This document shows positions 48,101 to 58,314 of a stretch of DNA of 64,000 nucleotides, one piece after another. Positions within the stretch are counted from its first letter, which is position 1; every line of letters begins with the position of its first letter. The notes under the pieces were generated by a model. The model was not told the DNA's origin, made no database searches, and worked only from the letters and a program-made list of their open reading frames with translations. A program made the translations under genes and the position numbers. The stretch is from a virus (taxonomy: Duplodnaviria > Caudoviricetes): IMG/VR virus record IMGVR_UViG_2843291059_000004, positions 70,479-134,478 of that record; one strand, written 5' to 3'.

Positions 48101-51100
48101 CGAAGTGCCGAATACGACTATTCAGCACATTTATAAGAATGGTCGCGCCGTGGAAGACAACTGGATCGCTACCGGCTCTCACAAAGGACAAGGTACTAGC
48201 TCTAATGCTTATGGCGAATCCGGTCGTAATATTGACATTGACTGCTCTGGCGGTTTTACCTTTGGTAACGAGAGCACTGGCAGCAAATATGCATTTACAG
48301 AAAACAGCGTTGGCGAGAAGTATTTTAACATCAAAGTCAATGTTGCCTCCTCTGAGAATGCAAATAATGCTCTGCTGGCAGATGAGTTCAACGAGTTTAA
48401 TCCGTACATTCGTCAGGCTCGCAAGGATAATCCGAAGGTGCGCGACACCATGGCATTCTATCCCTGTGTTGTGTTTATTCAGGAGACCGATACCGCTAAT
48501 GCAACTGTCTTTAAGGATGGTCAGTGGCACTTTTATGCTTGTGGCGATTTTGGTAACTCTAAGAAGAATAGTGACACGATGGGCATGGACCCGAACAACC
48601 ACAAGGAAGTCATCATTGAAATCGACAACAATACCGATGCACAGACTCGCTTCTTGAGTGGAGACTTTTCTGAGGAAACTTGGAACGGCGACCACAGTTT
48701 TGAATTCCGCTACATCAACAAGAACTGCAGTGAGCAAGAAGTTCAAGATGCGAAAAACGCATGGATTCGTGTGCAGAATTGGGTCGTGAATGCTGATGAC
48801 GAGGAGTTCAAGAAGAACTTTGAAAATTACTTTGTCAAGGATTCCACCCTGTTCCATTATTTATTTACAGAGCGCCATACCATGGTGGATAACCGTGCAA
48901 AGAACGTATTCCCGCACACGACTGACCTGATTCACTGGGATTTCTGCTTTGATTATGATAACGATACCGCTATGGGCAACGATAACGAGGGTGGTCTGAC
49001 TCTGAGCTACGGCTACGAGGACACTGACACCATCGGCACAAAGAGCGTGTTTAACGCACATGACTCGAAGCTGTGGTGTAAGGTTCGCGACCTGTTTGCG
49101 GATGACCTTGCAAAGATGTTCCTGAATCGTGAGAGTGCTCTGGCATGGAGTTCTACCCGTATCCTGAAGAAATTTGAGGATTATCAGGACGTAAAGCCTG
49201 AGAAACTGTGGATCATGGACATGCGGCGCAAGTATTTCCGTACTTATGAGGACAATGGAACGACCAGCTATCTGCCTATGATGCACGGTAACAAACGTCA
49301 TCAGCGGCGTCAATTCCAGCGCTATCAGGAAAAATACATGGCATCTAAATATACAGGTGCTACTTGTACTTCGGATGATATGACCATTCGCGGTTACACT
49401 CCGACCAACTGGACGGGCGTGAAGCCCGATGGCACTTTCCATATTATTCCTTATGCTGACACTTACGTCTCTGTGCGGTACGGCTCTAACCCTGTGAAGG
49501 TGCGTGGCAAGCGTGGCCAGACTTATGCAATCCAGTGCCCGATCGAGGCTATGAATGATACTGAGGTCTATGTCTATAACGCCTCTATCATCCAGAGTAT
49601 TGGTGACATTTCTGGCTTCTACCCTGGCTATGTTGATTTCAGCCATGGCGTAAAGCTGACCGACCTGAAGATTGGTTCTGCTGTCGAGGGTTACAAGAAT
49701 ACGAACATGACGGATTTCGCAGTTGGTAACAACACTCTGCTGGAGCATTTGAACCTGCAGAACGTGCCGAACCTGAAGAAATCTATTAGTCTGACTGGTT
49801 GTACGAATCTGGAAGAGTTCTACGCTGGTGGCTCTGGGATTACTGGTGTCGCATTCGCTAAAGGTGGTAAGATCAAGAAGGCCGAACTGCCTGCGATTGC
49901 AAGCCTGAGCGCTAAGAATCTGAATTATCTGACTGACCTAAAGATTACAGATTATAAGAACATTACCACTCTGACTGCCGAGAACTGCCCGACTATTGAC
50001 CTAGTTGGAATGCTGGCAAAGTGCACGAGTTTGAACCGTGTGCGTCTGACCGGCGTTGATTGGCAGCTGGATGATACTTCCCTGCTGGATCGTCTGCTGA
50101 AGATGACCGGCTTGGATGAAAACGGTTATAACACTGACCATTCTGTTGTTGAAGGTAGTGTCCATGTGCCCATTATGCGTGAGCGTCAGTTGGCAGAGTT
50201 TACGGCACAGTGGCCTGATTTGAATATCACTTATAACACGCTGGTTCAGCAGTTCAAGTGGACGTTTGTGAATAAAGACGGCACTGTTCTGGACATCCAG
50301 TACATTGATAAGGGTGGTAAGGCAGTTGACCCTGTTACCCGTGAAGAGAATCCGATTCCGACACCTACTGCTGAGAGCACCATCTCTACGGACTTTACTT
50401 TCAGCGGCTGGGATACTGAGTTTACGACTGTTTTCAGCAATCAGACTGTTACCGCAACTTATACCGAATCTGTGCGCAAGTACACTGTCCGCTATATGAA
50501 CCGTGGCGCTGTGCTGCAGGAAACTGTTGCCCCGTATGGTTCTATGGTGCTTTATACCGGCGACACTCCGGTCTATACCGCAGAAGAGACTGCATTCAAG
50601 TATTACCTGTTTAGCGGCTGGGATAAGGGTGGTTATGTTGTTGGCGACAAGGATATCAACGCTGTTTATGACGTGTGTGAGTATGTTTCCAACTACTTTG
50701 ACGGAAAGGAAATCGGTCAACTGCGCCCGGTTGAAATCTACGCAATGAATAAGGTTGGCGTAGAACAGACTGTTGTTGAAGCAAAGGATGAGGTTACAAT
50801 TCAGCTTGGCAATGACTTCTCTTATGACGATATCACTGAAAAGGTTTTGTTCAATGAGCCGAAGGTATTTGACGGAAAGACCTACGTTGATACAGACGTC
50901 ACCCTGTTTGATGAGGACAGAGATTTTGTGCTGGCTGTTGATTACAAGATAGACTCAGCTAATGCAAATAACACCGTTCTGATGCAGTGCTTTGAGCAGA
51001 ATGGCATGAATGGTATCAAGCTCTGGAACTCAAATGGTGTGAAGATGACATGGGGTATTGACTCTGCAAACGGCGCTTCTGCTGGTTCCCGCGATATGAT

Positions 51101-51899
51101 CGTTATCCGACACATCAAGGGAGACAACGGGCTGTATGTCTACTCTTCTAATATTTATGGTTCCAGCATTTCCTACACAAAAATCGCTCGTACTCGCATT
51201 ACTAAGACGAACGCTACATTGGTGTTTGGATGTGCAAAAGCAGACGATGGTGCTTATGAGAGCCATGCTAAAGGTACTGTTTATTGGTCTAAGCTTTGGT
51301 ACGCAGACCTTGGTGATGCTGCTTGCCGTGAGTTGGCCGCATGGACACACGATGATCTGGTTGTTGAGGTTGCAAGCTTCAAGAACTTCTATCTGAGTGA
51401 CAACTCCAACAAGCGCTGCTCTATTACCTTCCTGCAGAAAGACACGCTGGGTCAGAATATGCCGCTGAACAGTTCCTCTTCGAATGCGGGTGGCTGGGCG
51501 AACACTTCTCTGCGCGAATATCTGGATTCTCGTCTGGTTGATGCGCTTCCGATTGGTTGGAAACAGCTGGTCAAGCAAGTCAAGGTGCCGAGTTCTGCCG
51601 GTGGTAAGAGCAAGGAGATTGTGACTTCGGACTGCTACTTCTTCATTCCGTCTGCGATTGAAGTGAGCTCTTCTATGATCGATGAACCATACATCTACGA
51701 AGGTCAGACTATCAGCTACCTGACTGGCAATGAATCCCGCATTAAGCATAACGCAGATGGTGAACCGACCAAGTATTGGCTGCGCTCTCCGTTTGTTAAT
51801 TACGATGGCTACTTCTACGCAATTGAGGAAACTGGCGAGCTGTATGGCTTCCATTATCCGTCTGAGTCGCTGGGTGTAACTGTTGAGTTCAGCATTTAA
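45108..51899 (+). CDS. 2263-aa multidomain tail/adhesin protein (BppU-like, Ig, LamG, CotH-kinase-like, LRR, Flg_new-like repeats, DUF6273-like C-terminus)
   Basis: RYYDGVDL; MVDNRAKN..YDNDTAMG; LEHLNLQN LRRs; FSGWD repeats; GGWANTSLR..YWLRSP. Confidence 0.75.
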   Translation: MALSFNKSRRMAAANPVMTMEASVKAERPVVDSNDEIATLEADQVESNFTRSGNYTWYDTFSDNDYSTVDSGKDITLNPNQINITQENNSQVIPFEMPRYYDGVDLMQMTIQIHYVNADNNENYTAPVNVSYSNDKIRFYWMVSNYATAKEGALKFEIIATGAITVPNSGESKNYLWRTRPNDKLTVLKALSGSGMTDPTGDDWYTQFLATMSQKVGEAQTAASKAAASAQEAKAVVDGLADTLANYYTKEEVDGFTALLRGEIAKVDGLAKFDVQYSAETQTIKFLNGDKVIKTITLNTDPSADWVTAYNKTVEAKIADKLSPVQTELENTKSALDDLKTEVGDLPNTLQSDYYNKEATDKLLEAKAEKTSVTTVANDLTVVKNTTSGLQTSIDTINGDISDIREQLNNVKPDPNSGREYDITYEDSKLSLLENGTVKTQVIIEGGGGGGGNSSVITIERLDGSALTVIAGDPAIINYKFTSVDNSGDDTGSATGVWYVGNTKVGTQTVIQGTNSFDVTQYLHSGDNTVKLQVTDSVGSIGTKTWTVNVVEFYLESSFDDTLVYNGEVTFRYTPYGNISKTINFTVDGTPLGSTTTAVTGRQMTYAIPAQAHGAHLVEVSMTAEINGKQVTSNKIAKDIMWATEGNTTPIISCATKMASVKQYSNVAINYTVYDPSSSTTTVTLEVDGVKTGTLTVGRTMQTWTWKSANVGSHVLKIVCGSVSKTINVTIEELGITIEPVKTNLAFDFNPAGKTNADATRLWTDGNNSLTVSDNFDWSNGGYQLDEDGDTYFCVKAGTTATISYKLFGNDAKKLGKNFKLVFKTTNVKNYDATALTCLNGGIGLNIQAQKITLTSEQNSISLPTCEDDFMEFEFNILPDSQYKEMVLWLDGIPCRVELYDASDNFTQTSPVGITIGSPDCDVQVYRMKSYMMNLTDDEILDNFIADAKNAEEMIERYTRNDITDVSGELNPDLLAEKCPDLRIIKISAPTFTTGKKNEVPNTTIQHIYKNGRAVEDNWIATGSHKGQGTSSNAYGESGRNIDIDCSGGFTFGNESTGSKYAFTENSVGEKYFNIKVNVASSENANNALLADEFNEFNPYIRQARKDNPKVRDTMAFYPCVVFIQETDTANATVFKDGQWHFYACGDFGNSKKNSDTMGMDPNNHKEVIIEIDNNTDAQTRFLSGDFSEETWNGDHSFEFRYINKNCSEQEVQDAKNAWIRVQNWVVNADDEEFKKNFENYFVKDSTLFHYLFTERHTMVDNRAKNVFPHTTDLIHWDFCFDYDNDTAMGNDNEGGLTLSYGYEDTDTIGTKSVFNAHDSKLWCKVRDLFADDLAKMFLNRESALAWSSTRILKKFEDYQDVKPEKLWIMDMRRKYFRTYEDNGTTSYLPMMHGNKRHQRRQFQRYQEKYMASKYTGATCTSDDMTIRGYTPTNWTGVKPDGTFHIIPYADTYVSVRYGSNPVKVRGKRGQTYAIQCPIEAMNDTEVYVYNASIIQSIGDISGFYPGYVDFSHGVKLTDLKIGSAVEGYKNTNMTDFAVGNNTLLEHLNLQNVPNLKKSISLTGCTNLEEFYAGGSGITGVAFAKGGKIKKAELPAIASLSAKNLNYLTDLKITDYKNITTLTAENCPTIDLVGMLAKCTSLNRVRLTGVDWQLDDTSLLDRLLKMTGLDENGYNTDHSVVEGSVHVPIMRERQLAEFTAQWPDLNITYNTLVQQFKWTFVNKDGTVLDIQYIDKGGKAVDPVTREENPIPTPTAESTISTDFTFSGWDTEFTTVFSNQTVTATYTESVRKYTVRYMNRGAVLQETVAPYGSMVLYTGDTPVYTAEETAFKYYLFSGWDKGGYVVGDKDINAVYDVCEYVSNYFDGKEIGQLRPVEIYAMNKVGVEQTVVEAKDEVTIQLGNDFSYDDITEKVLFNEPKVFDGKTYVDTDVTLFDEDRDFVLAVDYKIDSANANNTVLMQCFEQNGMNGIKLWNSNGVKMTWGIDSANGASAGSRDMIVIRHIKGDNGLYVYSSNIYGSSISYTKIARTRITKTNATLVFGCAKADDGAYESHAKGTVYWSKLWYADLGDAACRELAAWTHDDLVVEVASFKNFYLSDNSNKRCSITFLQKDTLGQNMPLNSSSSNAGGWANTSLREYLDSRLVDALPIGWKQLVKQVKVPSSAGGKSKEIVTSDCYFFIPSAIEVSSSMIDEPYIYEGQTISYLTGNESRIKHNADGEPTKYWLRSPFVNYDGYFYAIEETGELYGFHYPSESLGVTVEFSI

Positions 51900-51912
51900 G
51901 GAGGTGTTGAGA

Positions 51913-52227
51913 GTGTATTACAAGGTACTTAAAAACGGTCGAGCGATCGATGCTCTTGACCGCCTTCAGTTTGTGAAATACCAGCCGAAACATGGCATTA
52001 TGGTGAACTGCACGGAAGACGATGCACAGGGTATCATCAGTAGCAATGGCAAGTATATCTGGCATGTAGATGGCTACTATTACATCCCTGTTGATGGTTA
52101 CGATACTGTTGTGTTGCAGGAAATTGACAAATACGAATATAACCAGATCAAAGCCTTGGGTGGAACCTCGCCTGAGGCTATTATTGATGCTTATACTCTG
52201 ACACTGATTGAAGGAGGGCTGTTATGA
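51913..52227 (+). CDS. hypothetical tail-associated protein
   Basis: AAGGAGGT RBS, GTG start. Confidence 0.65.
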   Translation: MYYKVLKNGRAIDALDRLQFVKYQPKHGIMVNCTEDDAQGIISSNGKYIWHVDGYYYIPVDGYDTVVLQEIDKYEYNQIKALGGTSPEAIIDAYTLTLIEGGLL

Positions 52228-52379
52228 GCGAGGAGAAGAAATATAACGAGTTCGTTGAAAGTTTGCATCGACTCTATCATGACCACAAGGTGCAGAATTC
52301 ATTTTTGAAGAAGAAGCTTGATGAAGGGCGTATCTCTCTGGATGAGTATGAGTATATCGTGAACGGAAAGGAGGTGTAA
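52224..52379 (+). CDS. 51-aa XkdX-like protein (MSEEKKYNEFVESL...GRISLDEYEYI)
   Basis: GGAGG RBS, ATGA coupling, G.I..DEY..I motif. Confidence 0.65.
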   Translation: MSEEKKYNEFVESLHRLYHDHKVQNSFLKKKLDEGRISLDEYEYIVNGKEV

Positions 52380-52382
52380 GCC

Positions 52383-53015
52383 ATGTACACTTTTTTGATC
52401 AATGCAGATAACAGTATTACCGCAAGTCTGACTGAGCGTATTATGCAACGCAGTAAGTTGGTGGATAGCCTCCATTTTCTGGCTGATACGATTTATAGTG
52501 GCGTAGACATGACTGAGTATACAGTTTTGCTGGAGTACAAGCTCCCTGTTAGCAAAAGCTATAAAACTGAGATTCTAAAAAAATCTACAGAGCTATACAA
52601 AAACAAGTTGGAGTATAAACTGCCATTTGATACGAACCTGACAAGCGAAGCTGGCGATATTGAGTTCTGGCTGACCTTCTCTGATGTTGAGATGACTGCC
52701 GAGGGTGAAACGATCCAACATGTGCGCAAGGTTGGCCCAGGCGTGGTACATATCATCCCGATTAGCAACTGGGCAGACGTGGTTCCCGATGAAGCTTTGA
52801 GTTCGCTTGACCAGCGCCTTATCGAGTTGATTGCTCTGAACAAGAGTATGTATGACCAGCTGAATATCAATCTGGATGGTAAGGCAGACAACATCAAATA
52901 TCAGAACAACATCCTACAGCTTACCTCGAATGGTAAAGAGATCGGCAATGCTGTCGAAATTGCAGGCGGCGGTTCTGGTGCAGATTCTCATACGATGCGG
53001 GTGGTTCCGTTCTAA
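52383..53015 (+). CDS. BppU-like baseplate protein
   Basis: LTSEAGDIEFWL motif. Confidence 0.6.
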   Translation: MYTFLINADNSITASLTERIMQRSKLVDSLHFLADTIYSGVDMTEYTVLLEYKLPVSKSYKTEILKKSTELYKNKLEYKLPFDTNLTSEAGDIEFWLTFSDVEMTAEGETIQHVRKVGPGVVHIIPISNWADVVPDEALSSLDQRLIELIALNKSMYDQLNINLDGKADNIKYQNNILQLTSNGKEIGNAVEIAGGGSGADSHTMRVVPF

Positions 53016-53045
53016 GCCATCCGCTCTCTTAATAAGGAGGCAACG

Positions 53046-53408
53046 ATGGCAAAAGAATATTCGAAACTCGGCTACGGCAATGACGAAGATATTGATGCTG
53101 CCATTGCTCTTGGCCTGATTGACGAACGTGACATGATCATTACAAAAGACACTTCTGAACTGAAGTATGTGCGCGATGATTTATCCGTTCAAACGATTCG
53201 TCCGCGAAATTTGATGTTCAATACGGTTTCGGAAGCAAACAAGGCGCTGAATGCTGCAGATGATTCATATGCTGGGCAGACCGTGATGATAAAAGACAAT
53301 AAAGGGAAATACGCTCCGTGGGTCGTACAGCAAAGTGCGTCCACGGGGCGCTTTTTAGTTGAACCGTTTATTGTGAGTCAGACAAATTTCCAGTGGACGG
53401 AATTCTAA
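53046..53408 (+). CDS. hypothetical tail protein
   Basis: AAGGAGG RBS; YAGQTV motif. Confidence 0.6.
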   Translation: MAKEYSKLGYGNDEDIDAAIALGLIDERDMIITKDTSELKYVRDDLSVQTIRPRNLMFNTVSEANKALNAADDSYAGQTVMIKDNKGKYAPWVVQQSASTGRFLVEPFIVSQTNFQWTEF

Positions 53409-53424
53409 AAAGAAGGAGGAACAA

Positions 53425-54531
53425 ATGGCACAAGTAAAATTTTCATATGGCACGAAAGCACGGTATGATGCCCTATCCCCCAAGGATATGGACACGCTGT
53501 ACTTTACGACTGATACATTACAGTTATTCAAAGGCACTGCTGAATACACGAAAACCAGTAAGATGGTCTCTGCTCTGCCGACGACTGGTCAGATTCAGGG
53601 TATCATCTATTTCCGCATGACAGATTATAGTATGCACATCTGGAACGGCGTGGAATTTGTGCAGCTGAATAAATCCACAGTAACTCAGATCCCGGCAGAT
53701 GCAACCGACAATGATATTCCGACCACCAAGGCTGTCGCCGATTATGTCAATGCCAAGGTTGCCGCAGTGGAAGGTATCAAGGGTAAATTCGTTACAGATG
53801 TTACCTATAATGCTGGTGTGTTGAGTGTGGCAAAGGGTGATGAACCTGTTACCACTACTCTGACTGGTGTTGTTCATGAGCCCACCTATGACGCAGAGAC
53901 TCGCACAATCAAACTGCCCGTCTTTGGTGGTGATACACTGACGATTGCGCTGGGTAAGGATCTGGTGGTAAAGAACGGTACTTATAATACCAAGGACAAG
54001 AACATTGAACTGACACTTACCAGTGGCGATGTCATCAAGATTCCGGTTGGCTCACTGATTGATATTTATACAGGTGTTGCAACCCCGTCCGCTGAGGTGA
54101 CTGTTTCTGCAGATAATAAGATCAGTGTCGCAGTGAAGGTTTCTGCAAAAGCAAATAATACGCTAACGCTTGAGGAAGATGGTCTGTATGTTTCTGTGCC
54201 TGATGCGTACACAAAGACCGAAGTTGATACCAAGGTCAAAACCATTCAGGATGCACTTAATACTCATGCGAAGGATACTACCGTACATATCACTGCAGCA
54301 GAACGTGAAGCATGGAACGTAAAAGTGTCGCAGACCGAATTGAAGAATTCTCATGATGATGCTGTTTCTGTGGCTGCTGCGGATGCTACCAAGAAGGCTG
54401 ACGCTGCTCTCGCTGGGGCTAAAACCTATACAGATGGTTTGAATACTGCAATGGATGGCCGCGTGAAGGTGGTTGAGAAGGCTCTGACTTGGAAACCGAT
54501 TGATGATACCGGTGCAAGCGCTGAGACATAA
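53425..54531 (+). CDS. tail fibre/structural protein
   Basis: GT..Y.AL..KD.DTLYFTTD N-terminus; HITAAER..WN motif. Confidence 0.65.
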   Translation: MAQVKFSYGTKARYDALSPKDMDTLYFTTDTLQLFKGTAEYTKTSKMVSALPTTGQIQGIIYFRMTDYSMHIWNGVEFVQLNKSTVTQIPADATDNDIPTTKAVADYVNAKVAAVEGIKGKFVTDVTYNAGVLSVAKGDEPVTTTLTGVVHEPTYDAETRTIKLPVFGGDTLTIALGKDLVVKNGTYNTKDKNIELTLTSGDVIKIPVGSLIDIYTGVATPSAEVTVSADNKISVAVKVSAKANNTLTLEEDGLYVSVPDAYTKTEVDTKVKTIQDALNTHAKDTTVHITAAEREAWNVKVSQTELKNSHDDAVSVAAADATKKADAALAGAKTYTDGLNTAMDGRVKVVEKALTWKPIDDTGASAET

Positions 54532-54601
54532 TAATCTAATATGAATCCCTGCATTCTGTAATGGAGTGCAGGGTTATTTTTTATCGAAAAGGAGTTTTCT
54601 G

Positions 54602-57082
54602 ATGTCAAATTTATCTCTGCGCGAAATTGCGCAATCACAGCTCGATTCGACTCCTGTAATTGATGGACAGCTTATTGTTTGCCTTGACACGGGAAACGCC
54701 TATCGAGACACTGCTACGGCTCACGTAAAAATCGGAAGCGATTTAGAGGTTGTGAGTGACTTACCATTGGCTCCTCTAGCCGAAAAACTTTATTACTTGA
54801 AGCCTGATAAACTGTATGTGTTCTTGGGTGGGAACTGGACACTGCTGAATGATAAAACTATCGATTTAGACGAAGCTATCGCAAAGCTGCCTGCCGGAGA
54901 TTCGACCTCCTTGAATGATGATGTGGAGATCATCACACAGGATACGGACATTACGCAGTCGCATTATTACCGGCGCAAGTTAGTAGTGCTATGGGAATAC
55001 ATCAAAACAAAGGCGCAAGATTTCTTTGCGGCGAAAAACCACCAGCACGGAAAAGCAGATATCACTGACTTTCCTACCTCGATGCCTGCAAGTGATGTAT
55101 ATCCGTGGGCAAAGGCGGCAACAAAGCCGAGTTATACAAAAGCAGAGGTTGGACTGGGAAAGGTAGATAATATTGCGGATGCTGATAAAACAGTTAAGCG
55201 GGCAACTACTGCCGGAACAGCAGACAGTGCAAATAGTGTTGCATGGGGAAATGTGAGAGATAAGCCGACGACATTCCCTGTTGAAGCGCATAACCACGAC
55301 GACAGGTATTATACCGAGGCTGAAATGGACGGGAAGCTTGAGAAAAAGAGTCCCACAGACCACACGCATGATTTGAGTGAACTTATAAGTGGGTTAAGCA
55401 TAGGAAATTCTACCACATTAAACGATAGTGTCCAAATTATCACACAAGATACAAACACCGCAAATCAAAAATATTATCGGCGTCCTTTGACTGTTCTGTG
55501 GGATTATATTAAATCCAAAGCAGACAGTGTATATTCTGCCATTGGTCATAACCATAAAATTCAAAATTTAGAGGACTATACAACGCGAGTTTGGGATGCA
55601 ACGATCGTTCGGCAAGCTGATACAGTATTGGCAAGTCCTCAAGATAAAGATGGTATAGCAACCTTTCGCAAGTTGGACAAAAATGATGTCGGCCTAGAGA
55701 ACGTGGACAACACCGCAGATAAAAACAAGAATGTTGCGACTGCCGGTATAGCTACCACAGGTGTCCGAGATTATAATAACGCAAATAATACCATCAAAAT
55801 CGGTTGGCAGGGTGCTGACCTTGATGCCAAAACTCTTGCTTATGTTGCTGGTTATACGTCCGATAAGAAAATACACCCCGCCTCAAAAGACGGAGTTCGT
55901 AGTTGGCTTGGTCTTGGAGATTCTGCATATAAGAATACGAAATCACGTTCAAACAAGGGCAGCACAGACTGGACAAATAATGCAACAGACGATGCCATTG
56001 TACCTACTATGTCGTTTATGGCGTATTGGGATGGTGCATATAATTCTAACGGTGCATCGAATTTATCGTATTGTGACCGTGGTAGATTTGGAACAATCGT
56101 GACTAAAAATACTGGAGATTACGCGGTTGCTGGACACACACATAATAGTATAAAAGATGTCGGAGATGGCAGAACTACCACATTTGCCTACTCAAAAGAC
56201 GGTATGAGTTATGCAGATTATACTTGGCTCGCCGGTTGGAATGGTTATGAACTGAGAGCTGTTCATAAGAGTCAGTTTGCTATCGCAGGACATTCTCATT
56301 CGTTTATAAATTCCGTTGGAGTAAAAAACGCACAAACAGGCAGGAATCAAATATATGGTAATGTGTATAGCTACAATTCAAACGCATCGGCTCATACTGG
56401 AATGCCAACTACTTATACTTCAACAATTGGATTCGGTCAAGGCGCATCCGGTACTGTTGAAATCTGTGGCGAATGGACAGGTGGTAAAGGTTTATGGTCA
56501 AGAGCATTGCGAGATTGTTGTGACGATTGGTATGGTTGGCAGCGCATCTATACAGAAAACTATCACCCTAGTGCTGACGTAGCAAATAAAGCAAACTCTG
56601 CCGATTATCTCAACTTCACAGCAGGTAACGAAATCAACTTTACAGGGACGCCAACAAATAATGCTGTCTATTTTGGATATCGCAATTCAACTATAAATGA
56701 TTACAGGTTCTGTAACGGCAGTGGTGGTCTCACAAAAGTAACCGCGGCATCATTCGATGGTAAAGCTACAAGCGCCGGTACTGCTAATAGCGCAGGCAAC
56801 GGTGTCACCGCATCGGGCAAAACTGGTGCTGGTATTTATTATGTTAGGTTTGGCAATGGTACTCAAATGTGTTGGGGTTTTTATAAAGAATCCGATCATT
56901 CTGGCAGTACAAGTTTCCCGGTTGCATTCAATAATTCACAGTATAGTATTTCGCTGACTGCAACTACATCATCAAATAACGCCTCATATATAACTGGTTG
57001 CTCTACAACTAGCTTTTCCTATGCAAGACACGGCATGTCATATAACGATGTTCAGTGGATCGCGGTCGGTACTTGGAAATGA
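54602..57082 (+). CDS. tail fibre protein with gp53-like C-terminal domain
   Basis: HxH fibre knots, VGLGKVDN repeats, YVRFGNGTQMCWG..FPVAF..WIAVG; internal 40-aa duplication. Confidence 0.8.
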   Translation: MSNLSLREIAQSQLDSTPVIDGQLIVCLDTGNAYRDTATAHVKIGSDLEVVSDLPLAPLAEKLYYLKPDKLYVFLGGNWTLLNDKTIDLDEAIAKLPAGDSTSLNDDVEIITQDTDITQSHYYRRKLVVLWEYIKTKAQDFFAAKNHQHGKADITDFPTSMPASDVYPWAKAATKPSYTKAEVGLGKVDNIADADKTVKRATTAGTADSANSVAWGNVRDKPTTFPVEAHNHDDRYYTEAEMDGKLEKKSPTDHTHDLSELISGLSIGNSTTLNDSVQIITQDTNTANQKYYRRPLTVLWDYIKSKADSVYSAIGHNHKIQNLEDYTTRVWDATIVRQADTVLASPQDKDGIATFRKLDKNDVGLENVDNTADKNKNVATAGIATTGVRDYNNANNTIKIGWQGADLDAKTLAYVAGYTSDKKIHPASKDGVRSWLGLGDSAYKNTKSRSNKGSTDWTNNATDDAIVPTMSFMAYWDGAYNSNGASNLSYCDRGRFGTIVTKNTGDYAVAGHTHNSIKDVGDGRTTTFAYSKDGMSYADYTWLAGWNGYELRAVHKSQFAIAGHSHSFINSVGVKNAQTGRNQIYGNVYSYNSNASAHTGMPTTYTSTIGFGQGASGTVEICGEWTGGKGLWSRALRDCCDDWYGWQRIYTENYHPSADVANKANSADYLNFTAGNEINFTGTPTNNAVYFGYRNSTINDYRFCNGSGGLTKVTAASFDGKATSAGTANSAGNGVTASGKTGAGIYYVRFGNGTQMCWGFYKESDHSGSTSFPVAFNNSQYSISLTATTSSNNASYITGCSTTSFSYARHGMSYNDVQWIAVGTWK

Positions 57083-57106
57083 GTGTTGCTTTATTAGAAA
57101 GAAGAG

Positions 57107-57733
57107 GTGAAAAATTTGAACGAAGAAATTAAAGTTGGATATTTTATCATGAAACCAGTCGAAACTCAAGAACAATGCGATCAATATTCTACGATGGCGA
57201 CACAGCTAAACGACCATAATAGTTCTGCGTTGCCAGGTAGTGTTCTTTGGGCCATTGATGACAAAGAAGACCGCTATGAGATTATTGAATCAGGTACGGT
57301 TCCAACCGAAGAAGAAGCTCTCAAACCTCGTAAAGAAGACAAAATTTCTGAATCAAAAACGACACTGTCTGCATATCTGGCTGCGCACCCGATTCAGTGG
57401 TCAGACGGCAAGTATTACAGTGTTACGACTGAGAAACAGGCATTGCTGACCTCGAATTTGGCGCTGTATCAAATCTCCGCCACCGCCGGGCAATCGTTCA
57501 AGCTGACGTGGAATTCGACTGGTGACGAGTGCGTGGAGTGGAATTACGAAGAATTGGCCGCACTTGCTTTGGCAATTGGAACTTATGTAAAGCCATTTGT
57601 ATCTCGTCAGCAGGAGTTGGAGCTTGCCATTAAGAAATGTACGACCCAGGCAGAACTGGACGCCATTGAAATTACATACGATCCTGTGCTGACCGCATAC
57701 TTGGCCGAAGCCGGTAAGGAGGTCGTCTCATGA
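57107..57733 (+). CDS. tail fibre assembly chaperone (DUF4376-like)
   Basis: Follows the fibre gene; C-terminal AIKKCTTQAELDAI. Confidence 0.65.
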   Translation: MKNLNEEIKVGYFIMKPVETQEQCDQYSTMATQLNDHNSSALPGSVLWAIDDKEDRYEIIESGTVPTEEEALKPRKEDKISESKTTLSAYLAAHPIQWSDGKYYSVTTEKQALLTSNLALYQISATAGQSFKLTWNSTGDECVEWNYEELAALALAIGTYVKPFVSRQQELELAIKKCTTQAELDAIEITYDPVLTAYLAEAGKEVVS

Positions 57734-58164
57734 ATGATGTCAGAATAAAATACAAAGAATTAGCAAAGTGTATCGCGCTCTTCCTGATTGGAGGGGCGCT
57801 TTATTATTGCATCGAAATTCTTTGGCGTGGTTATTCGCACTGGACGATGGCTGTTGTGGGCGGCATTTGCTTCGTCGTGATCGGTGGATTGAACAATTAC
57901 ATTCCGTGGGAAATGCCGATGTGGAAACAAGGTCTCGTCGGAGCACTATTTGTAACCGGCATGGAACTGGTAGTAGGCATCCCGTTGAACCTGATGATGG
58001 GCTTGCATATCTGGGACTACTCTTCCCTACCCTTCAATCTACTGGGCCAAATCTGTCTCCCATTCACTGTGCTATGGTTCTTCCTTGCGCTATTGTGCAT
58101 CTATGTTGATGATTGGCTGCGCCATTTGTTATTCCACGAACAGAAGCCAGAATATCACTGGTAA
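57730..58164 (+). CDS. 4-TM membrane protein (CmpB/TMEM229 'putative ABC permease' family)
   Basis: IEILWRG.SHWTM..GG, WDYS..PFN..GQICL motifs. Confidence 0.8.
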   Translation: MNDVRIKYKELAKCIALFLIGGALYYCIEILWRGYSHWTMAVVGGICFVVIGGLNNYIPWEMPMWKQGLVGALFVTGMELVVGIPLNLMMGLHIWDYSSLPFNLLGQICLPFTVLWFFLALLCIYVDDWLRHLLFHEQKPEYHW

Positions 58165-58180
58165 TGCGATAGCTCTAAGC

Positions 58181-58265
58181 TAAAAAGAAAGAATCCCCGA
58201 TGGAAAACCACCGGAGACTCTTCCCTTGCCTAATCGACATACTAGCTCGACGAAAAACTAGCATG
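58181..58265 (-). ncRNA. putative ~85-nt antisense-oriented sRNA
   Basis: Minus-strand TTGACA-17-TATATT promoter (58299-58271); 12-bp hairpin; 16-bp terminator with U-tract; G.U pairs valid only on the minus strand. Confidence 0.6.
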
Positions 58266-58314
58266 CTTGGAATATATCATATCGTCAAGAAATTGTCAAC
58301 AGAAAGGAGAAAAT

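Noticed and set aside
51350-51899. Diversity-generating retroelement target (DUF6273-like C-terminus)
   Set aside because: No reverse transcriptase or template repeat seen in this window; one elsewhere in the genome cannot be excluded.
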